Of a DNA stretch of 64,000 bases, positions 57,476 through 64,000 are shown in pieces (positions within the stretch are counted from its first letter, which is position 1; every line of letters begins with the position of its first letter). This stretch comes from an uncultured Acidobacteriota bacterium (GTDB lineage Bacteria; Acidobacteriota; UBA6911): NCBI GenBank assembly GCA_963843575.1, contig CAWJKZ010000021.1, positions 224,001 to 288,000 on the forward strand, given 5' to 3'. A program made the translations under genes and the position numbers. The notes below the pieces were generated by a model. It searched no databases and was not told the DNA's origin. It saw nothing but the letters and a program-made list of their open reading frames with translations.

Positions 57476-60400
57476 ATGCAGATCGGGACGCGAAGAACCC
57501 CTCGGACACCGCTATTGCTCCTGTTTCTGATTGCTTCATGCGGCATGCTCTGGGGGCAGGTATTCACAGGTTCGCTTACGGGGGTGATCACCGACCAATC
57601 GGGCGGGGTGATCCCTGGGGCGAAGGTCACACTGACGGATGTGGCCAAGCAGGTCGATTACACGACCGTCACCGACGTCGTGGGGCGCTATCTCATCCGC
57701 GCGCTCCCGCCGAGCACATACAAGCTTACGGTGGAGGTGAGCGGCTTCAACACTGCCACTCAGGACGGCGTCGTGCTCGCCGTCAACCAGAGTGCGAACA
57801 TCGACGTGTCGCTGCAGGTGGGGGCGAGCGCGCAGACCATCGAGGTCGCTGCGACCGGGGTGGCTCTACTGGCGACCCAGGATGCGTCGACCGGTCAGGA
57901 ACTCGATCGGAACATGATCAACGACCTCCCTCTCTTGGGAAGGGGAGTGCTCGACCTGGCCAACCTGGCGCCCGGGGTTACGGCGGCGCCCGGCGGAGTC
58001 GGGGGGACCCTCAATTTTGTTTCCAACGGCAGCCGCAATTCTACCGCCGACATTCTTATGGACGGCGTAAGCGCCACCAGCTTTGAGCAGAATAGCGGCA
58101 TCCTGAACGCGCTCTATGTTCCTTCGGTCGACTCGGTGCAGGAGTTCAAAATCCAGCAGTCGAACTTCAGCGCGGAAATCGGCTTCAGCGGCGCCACCAT
58201 CATTAACATGGTGACGCGTTCGGGCACCAACGAATTCCACGGCAGCGCCTGGGAATTCCTGCGCAACAACGTCCTGACGGCCAACGACTGGTTCAACAAC
58301 GCCAACGGCGTGAAGCTGGCGCCCCGCCGCTACAACCTGTTCGGCGCGACCATCGGGGGCCCGATCCGCAAACAGAAGACGTTCTTCTTCTTCTCCTATG
58401 AAGGGCTGCGCGACGTCAATGCCCGCACCTTCCGTGCAGGCGTGCCCAGTGCTGCCATGCGCGCCGGCAATTTCGGGGAGATCTGCCCCGAAGGCTTCGA
58501 TGGCGACGGCCTGTGCCAGGGGGAAGGCCAACTCTGGGATCCTTACTCGGGCGTATACGACGAGGAGGTGGGCGGCGCCGTGCGCTCCCGCTTCGTACCG
58601 TTCAACCGGCTCGATCTCTTTCAGAGCCCGGGCAGCCCCGACCTCCCCGCCGGCTATCAGCCGGCGGCCCGTCCCGGCAACCTGATCGATCCGGCGGCGC
58701 AGAAGATGATGAGCTATTTCCCGTTGCCCAACGTCGCGGTGGGTACGGCCGACTATAACCGCTTCAACAACTGGATCAACTCCGGTTCCAGCAGGGGCCG
58801 GAACGACCAGTGGGACATCAAGATCGACCACAGCTTCAACGAAAAAAACCGGATCAGCAGCCGATTCGCCCGCGGTGTGGACTCCAGCAAGAACGCGAAT
58901 GCGTTTGGCAACGCCTATGACCCGGCGTCGATCGGGTCGGGTGGGAGCAAGACGCACGCCTTCAATTTAAACTACACCCGGACCGTCAATCCCAGCACCC
59001 TGATGAGTGTCACGCTGGGGTTCACGCGGAATTTCTACGACGGCAAGGACATCATGACCGCGTATCCCGACGTGGACCCGATCAAGGACCTGGGACTCCC
59101 GTCGTACCTGGCTGATTCCGGGTTCAAAGCCTCGCCGGCCATCGTCATCCACAACTACAACGCGGCGAGCGGCAACAACATCGGCTCCCAGGCCTGGGGT
59201 ATCCTGCGGCAGTCTCCCGAACAGTACCATCTGGCCGCGAGCTGGAGCCACTTGCGAGGCCGTCACGACCTGAAGATCGGCGGCGAAGCGCGCATGCACC
59301 GGATCAATTTCGTGCAGCCCTGCTGCGGCGCCGGGTACTACGAGTATGACCAGAACGGCACCTCGCAGAGCCCGTACTTCCAGGGCGACGAGATGGCCAG
59401 CTTCCTCACCGGGTTCACCGGGCCGAGCGGGTGGTACGGCGAGTACGAAATCCCGGCGTGGGCCAGCACCCAGAGCTTCCGCTATGCCGGTTACCTCCAG
59501 GATAACTGGAAGGTCACCGAAAAGCTGACTCTGAACCTCGGGCTGCGCTACGACCTGGAGACGCCGCGCACCGAGCGGTACAACCGGATGAGCTACATCG
59601 ACACGAACGCCGCTTCGCCGGTGAAGGTGCCGGGCTATCCCAACCTGAAGGGCGTGCTCAAGTTCACGGACAAGAACAACCGCCACAACTACGGCTGGGA
59701 TAAAAACAACTGGGCGCCCCGCTTCGGTTTCGCGTACCGGATGAACAACAAGACCGTCCTGCGGGGCGGCTACGGCCTGTTCTACACCATCACCACCCGC
59801 GGCGCGGCGGGGACCGGAGGTTACGGATTCCAGGGATTCGATTCGATACCCGACTGGATGACGAGTCTGCATTACGACAGCGTCACCCCGTGGGGACGCC
59901 TGAGCGATCCCTTCCCGTCTTACACCGGGGGCATCCCACCCGTGAGGGGAGGGGCACTCGGCGACTGGTCCTACGTCGGCCAGGGGATCCGGGGCCCGAT
60001 CCAGGGCGAAAATGCCACACCGTACGAGCAAACCTGGACCCTGGGATTTCAGCATGAGCTGCCGGGAGGAGTGATCCTGGAAGCCAACTATGTCGGCAAG
60101 AAAGGAACCAAGCTCTATTTCGGCGGCGCATCGTCACACAACTACCTCGGTCCCGAAATCGAGAAGTACAGCCTCAGCCAGATTGCGGACCTGCAGACGT
60201 ATGTGCCCAACCCCTTCTATGGCGTGATCGATCCGAACACGGGCGTGGGGGGAGAGTACATCCAGCAGTCCCAGCTGTTGGTTCCTTACCCGCAATTCAC
60301 AGGCGTGGACGATATTGCCCCCCCGGTGGCTAACTCCATCTACCACGCTTTCCAGTTGAGGGTCGAGAAACGCTTCTCGAAAGGGCTCCAGTTCCTGGTG

Positions 60401-61093
60401 ACCTACACCAACAGCAAGTCGATCGACGACGCCTCGGTCACGCACGACGGCGTGACGTGGCTCGGAGGGTCGACAAGCCTGCAGAACCCGAACAACCGTG
60501 AGCTCGAACGCGGCCTGTCGCAATTCGACGTCCCGCAGGTCCTGGGCATCAGCTACATCTGGGAACTGCCGTTCGGGCGCGGAAAGGCGTTTGGCAAGAA
60601 CATGCATCCTCTCGTCGACGCCGTCCTCGGCGGCTGGAAAACGAACGGGATCTGGCGGTTCAGTTCGGGTCAGCCGATCGGGCTCAGTTACAACGACAGC
60701 ATCAGCCTGCCGACTTACGGGTCCCAGAGGCCCAACCTGACCGGAGCCCTCGTGCGCAACACCGGTTCCGACTGGCGCGATCAGTACTTCGCCAACCCGG
60801 AGGTCGTGGCTAGACCCGCCCCGTACACACTCGGTAACGCTTCGCGGACGATCGGAAGCGTCCGCAATCCGGGCACGAACGTGGCGAATATGTCGCTGTT
60901 GAAGGAATTCAACCAGTTCGGCAGAATCAGGGAGGGCATGCACCTCGAGTTCCGGGCGGAGTTCTTCAACGCATTCAACCATCCGCGTTTCTGCGGACCG
61001 AACACCAACTTTGAAGGCGGCAATTTCGGCGTGGTTGACGGCATGTGCGGGGATCCGCGCGAAGTGCAGATGGCCCTGAAGTTCTATTGGTAA
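57476..61093 (+). CDS. Acidobacterial Oar-like TonB-dependent receptor
   Basis: AGGAGG RBS, carboxypeptidase-regulatory-like N-domain, PSVDSVQEFK, TRSGTNEFHGS, QDNWK..KLTLNLGLRY, FRAEFFNAFNHP, terminal KFYW. Confidence 0.94.
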   Translation: MQIGTRRTPRTPLLLLFLIASCGMLWGQVFTGSLTGVITDQSGGVIPGAKVTLTDVAKQVDYTTVTDVVGRYLIRALPPSTYKLTVEVSGFNTATQDGVVLAVNQSANIDVSLQVGASAQTIEVAATGVALLATQDASTGQELDRNMINDLPLLGRGVLDLANLAPGVTAAPGGVGGTLNFVSNGSRNSTADILMDGVSATSFEQNSGILNALYVPSVDSVQEFKIQQSNFSAEIGFSGATIINMVTRSGTNEFHGSAWEFLRNNVLTANDWFNNANGVKLAPRRYNLFGATIGGPIRKQKTFFFFSYEGLRDVNARTFRAGVPSAAMRAGNFGEICPEGFDGDGLCQGEGQLWDPYSGVYDEEVGGAVRSRFVPFNRLDLFQSPGSPDLPAGYQPAARPGNLIDPAAQKMMSYFPLPNVAVGTADYNRFNNWINSGSSRGRNDQWDIKIDHSFNEKNRISSRFARGVDSSKNANAFGNAYDPASIGSGGSKTHAFNLNYTRTVNPSTLMSVTLGFTRNFYDGKDIMTAYPDVDPIKDLGLPSYLADSGFKASPAIVIHNYNAASGNNIGSQAWGILRQSPEQYHLAASWSHLRGRHDLKIGGEARMHRINFVQPCCGAGYYEYDQNGTSQSPYFQGDEMASFLTGFTGPSGWYGEYEIPAWASTQSFRYAGYLQDNWKVTEKLTLNLGLRYDLETPRTERYNRMSYIDTNAASPVKVPGYPNLKGVLKFTDKNNRHNYGWDKNNWAPRFGFAYRMNNKTVLRGGYGLFYTITTRGAAGTGGYGFQGFDSIPDWMTSLHYDSVTPWGRLSDPFPSYTGGIPPVRGGALGDWSYVGQGIRGPIQGENATPYEQTWTLGFQHELPGGVILEANYVGKKGTKLYFGGASSHNYLGPEIEKYSLSQIADLQTYVPNPFYGVIDPNTGVGGEYIQQSQLLVPYPQFTGVDDIAPPVANSIYHAFQLRVEKRFSKGLQFLVTYTNSKSIDDASVTHDGVTWLGGSTSLQNPNNRELERGLSQFDVPQVLGISYIWELPFGRGKAFGKNMHPLVDAVLGGWKTNGIWRFSSGQPIGLSYNDSISLPTYGSQRPNLTGALVRNTGSDWRDQYFANPEVVARPAPYTLGNASRTIGSVRNPGTNVANMSLLKEFNQFGRIREGMHLEFRAEFFNAFNHPRFCGPNTNFEGGNFGVVDGMCGDPREVQMALKFYW

Positions 61094-61105
61094 ACCTCAC
61101 TTTCC

Positions 61106-61155
61106 ACGAGCGGGCGGGGGCCGGCTGCCCCGCGTTCCCGCCCGCTCGTCCTTTT
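61106..61155 (+). terminator. Stem-loop with a U-run after the receptor gene
   Basis: 13-bp stem ACGAGCGGGCGGG/CCCGCCCGCTCGT followed by CCTTTT. Confidence 0.65.
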
Positions 61156-61170
61156 CGTGCAGCTGCACCG

Positions 61171-63895
61171 ATGAGAGTTCTCGCCGCCGGCCTGATTTCG
61201 TTGCTCTGGGCCGGCTTTCTGACTCCGCAGGAGGCGAATCTCCAGCCTGCCTACGCCCGGATTACAGCGGCGTATCGGGCAGGGGCAACTCGACGATGCG
61301 GAGAGGCAACTCCGGGAATTGCTCGCGGCACACCCCTCCGAGGTGCGCGCCCTGAGCCTCCTGGGAGTCGTCCTCGACGGGCAGAAACGCTACCCGGAGG
61401 CCGAACCATACTACCTGAAGGCGATCGGGCTGGCCCCCGGCTCGGCCGCGCTGTACAACAATCTCGGCAACCACTACGCCGCGCAGCAGGAACTGGCCAA
61501 GGCCCAGGAAGCATTCCTGCGGGCCGTGGCGATCGAGCCGCGCCATCCCAACGCGAACCTGCAACTCGCCCAGATCAACCTGCAGAACAAGAACTATGCC
61601 GGCGCGTTGCGCCGTCTCGACCTCCTGCCGGCGTCGGATCGGGACTCGCCGGGAGGCCAGGTCTTGCGGGTCCGGGCCCTCGTGGGCGCGGGCCTGAAGG
61701 AGCGGGCCCAGGCGGCGGTGCGACAGCTCGAGGGTGCCGCGAGCAGCGACCAGGGCGCCCTGTTCGCGCTCGGCATGGCCTACGTCGAGGTCGGGCGTTT
61801 TGCAGATGCGGAAAAGACGTTTACGCAGGTCCTGAAAACGGACCCCGCGAATTTCGACGTGCTCTACAACCTGGGCACCGCTGCCTTGCGTGCGGGCAAC
61901 CTGGACCGGGCGCGCGCCGTCTATGAGCAGGCTTTGCAGCAGAGACCGGACGATGCCGATTCTCTTGTGGGGCTCGCGCGCGCCCTGATCGGCGCCGGGC
62001 AGGAGATGCAGGCCTTGCCGCTGCTCGTTCAAGCCAACAAGCTGGCCCCTGCCCGCGGGGATGTCCTCCTGCTCACCGCACAAGCCGCATCCGCCGCGGG
62101 GCTTTACGGTGACTCCGCGGCCGCCTACGACAGGTACCTGAAACTGGCGCTCGGCGACGACGACGCTCGCCGCGAGCGAGGGTACGCGCTGGCGCGCAGC
62201 TCCCGTTTCAAGGAAGCGCTTCCCGATCTCCAGTGGTACACGAAGAAACATCCCCGCGACCCGTGGGGACATTTCCAGCTGGCCGTGGCGCTGTCGTTCG
62301 AGGACAAAGAGAAGGCGCTCGAGGAGGTCGGCCGCGCCCTGCAGCTCGACCCGCAATTCTGGGAGGCGCGGTACGCCCGTGGAGTCCTGTCGCAGCGGCT
62401 GGGCAGGAATCAGGATGCCATAAAGGACCTCGCGGCCTGCAGCGGCCGTGACCCGGCAAACGTCCCGATGCAGGAAGAACTGGCCCGGGCGCTGCTCGGC
62501 GCCGGTCAGGCGGAGCGGGCGGCCGCGATCCTGAAGAAGGCTATTGCCGCCGCCCCTGGCAACAGGACCCTTTACTTTCACTACAGCCGCGCCCTGCGCG
62601 CGCTCGGCCGCGTCGATGAGATGACGGAGGCCATAGCGAAGTTCGAGCAGCTCGGCGGTGGAAAGGAAAACGTCTCGCCCCGTCCGGGCGTGCTCGATTT
62701 CCTCAGCCTCTCGCCCGCGGATCAGCAGGCGCGGTACCTGGACAACCTCAGGAACGCCGTCCAGCAGCGCCCCACCGACGACGAGCTCAAACTGAGGCTC
62801 ATCGAGGCGCTCCTCGCCCGGGACGACACACGGGAAGCCGCGCCGCTGCTGGATGGGCTGCGCAAATCGTCGCGGGACTCCCGGGTCCTGGCGAGGTGCG
62901 CGCGGCTCCTGGTCGATGCGGAACGTTACGAAGAGGCCGTTCCCTTCATCGACCGGGCGCTCGAACTGGGCTCGGCGCCCTCGGCCGTTCACCTCGACCG
63001 GGCCATGGCCTATCTGCAGACGGCAGGCGCCGCGAAGGCCCTCGCGGCCTTGGATGCGATCCCGCGGGAAGGGCGGAGCGGCGATTACTATCTGCTGCGG
63101 GCCCAGATCCTCGACGCGCTGGGAGACTTCGACCGAGCCGTCGAGTCGTTGAATCAGGCTTTGGGCTCGGCGCCGTCGCGCGCCGACCTTTACCTGCAGG
63201 CGTGTGCGTTTTTGATGAAGCACAAGAACTATCCGGAGGGACTCGAACTCCTGAAGCAGGCCGAGCGGCACGTCCCGGGGTCGCCCGAGCTGCAGCTGGC
63301 GCGCGCGATCATCCTCGAGATGAGCAATCGGACTGCGGAAGCGACCCGGCAACTCGACGTCATCCAGTCCCAGTGGCCCGAATGGGCTGCCCCATACGTG
63401 ATCCACGGCGTCGTCCTGCAGAGCCAGCACCAAGCCGCCGAGGCAAAACAGCTGCTCGAAACCGCGATCGCGCTGGGTTCGAAGGATCCCTCGGCCTATT
63501 ACCATCTCTGCCTCGCGATAAAAGACCTGACGCCCGGCGATAATGCCGCAGCCTACAAGATTGTCTCGCGCGGGCTGGAACTCGACCCCGAGGACCCCTA
63601 TATGGCCGCACAGGCGGGGAGGGTCGCGCTGGACATGAAAGATTATGAGGCGGCGTCGGTTCACCTGAAACAGGCGGTCCGGCTCTATCCGGAAATGGCC
63701 GATGCCCACTGGCTCCTGGCCAACCTCTACCGGATCACCGGCCAGGACGAGAAGCAGCGGGTCGAACTCGCCGAAGTCAAGAGACTCAACGCTCTTTTCC
63801 CTCCGGGCACCCAGACGCCGCCGTCGACGCAGAACCTGCTGTTTTCCGTGCGCAGGCCGAGGCAAACGGCCGTGCGGCCTGCCGGCGCGAGGTGA
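61171..63895 (+). CDS. Large exported TPR protein with a +1 frameshift near 61283
   Basis: The signal peptide from ATG 61171 joins the TPR frame if one G of AGGGGC is removed. Many TPR repeats. Confidence 0.85.
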
Positions 63896-63898
63896 CCG

Positions 63899-64000
63899 TT
63901 GACTGCGAACAGAGTGATCTCCTTCGTCGCCGCGGGGCTGGCGCTCTCGCTGGCCGCGTTCGCGCTGCACGTTCGGTCCGCGGCACAGGTGTCTCCGAAG
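63899..64000 (+). CDS. 5' end of an exported protein running off the window
   Basis: GAGGTG RBS, TTG start, MTANRVISFVAAGLALSLAAFALHVRSAAQ signal peptide. Confidence 0.6.
   Translation, partial: MTANRVISFVAAGLALSLAAFALHVRSAAQVSPK

Noticed and set aside
61281-61286. Programmed frameshift or phase variation at the G runs in the TPR and esterase genes
   Set aside because: Runs of 4-5 nt are too short for typical slipped-strand switching and no slippery heptamer is present. Sequencing error is more likely.
61262-63970. 902-aa minus-strand ORF, and similar long antisense ORFs (29605-31557, 42267-43982, 2985-4217, 45605-47137)
   Set aside because: Shadow frames of well-supported genes in high-GC DNA, with no motifs.

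Overview
GC-rich bacterial chromosomal window, most likely Acidobacteriota (inferred from the acidobacterial VWFA domain, two DUF1080 genes, Tat-exported oxidoreductases and a carboxypeptidase-domain TonB receptor/TPR/CRTAC1 module). No rRNA, tRNA, CRISPR array or intact mobile element was seen. Main blocks: (1) 1-10 kb: gene remnants, a radical SAM enzyme and metabolic/exported proteins. (2) 10.2-28.4 kb: a surface-glycan/protein-glycosylation island (rfbC, rfbD, epimerase, GT2/GT4 enzymes, a methyltransferase-GT2-GT4-TPR fusion, an NHL protein, an EPS-type wHTH regulator, a Maf/DUF115 enzyme), heavily frameshifted between about 16.4 and 24.9 kb. (3) 28.4-44.7 kb: peptidases, glpT and many exported sugar-metabolism proteins. 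(4) 44.7-47.6 kb: an OprC-like copper TonB receptor behind a Cys-rich leader ORF. The leader ends in PSPPPK, followed directly by a perfect anti-Shine-Dalgarno sequence for the receptor. This candidate copper-sensing ribosome-stalling switch is the best find. (5) 47.9-55.5 kb: UxuA-like dehydratase, sulfatase, methyltransferase, an orphan class I isoprenoid-synthase-fold gene bracketed by about 95-bp inverted repeats, and an A/T-richer aldo-keto reductase. (6) 55.5-64 kb: CRTAC1, TonB receptor, TPR protein. Three families of intergenic palindromic repeats recur. All family calls come from motif recognition by eye, not database searches.
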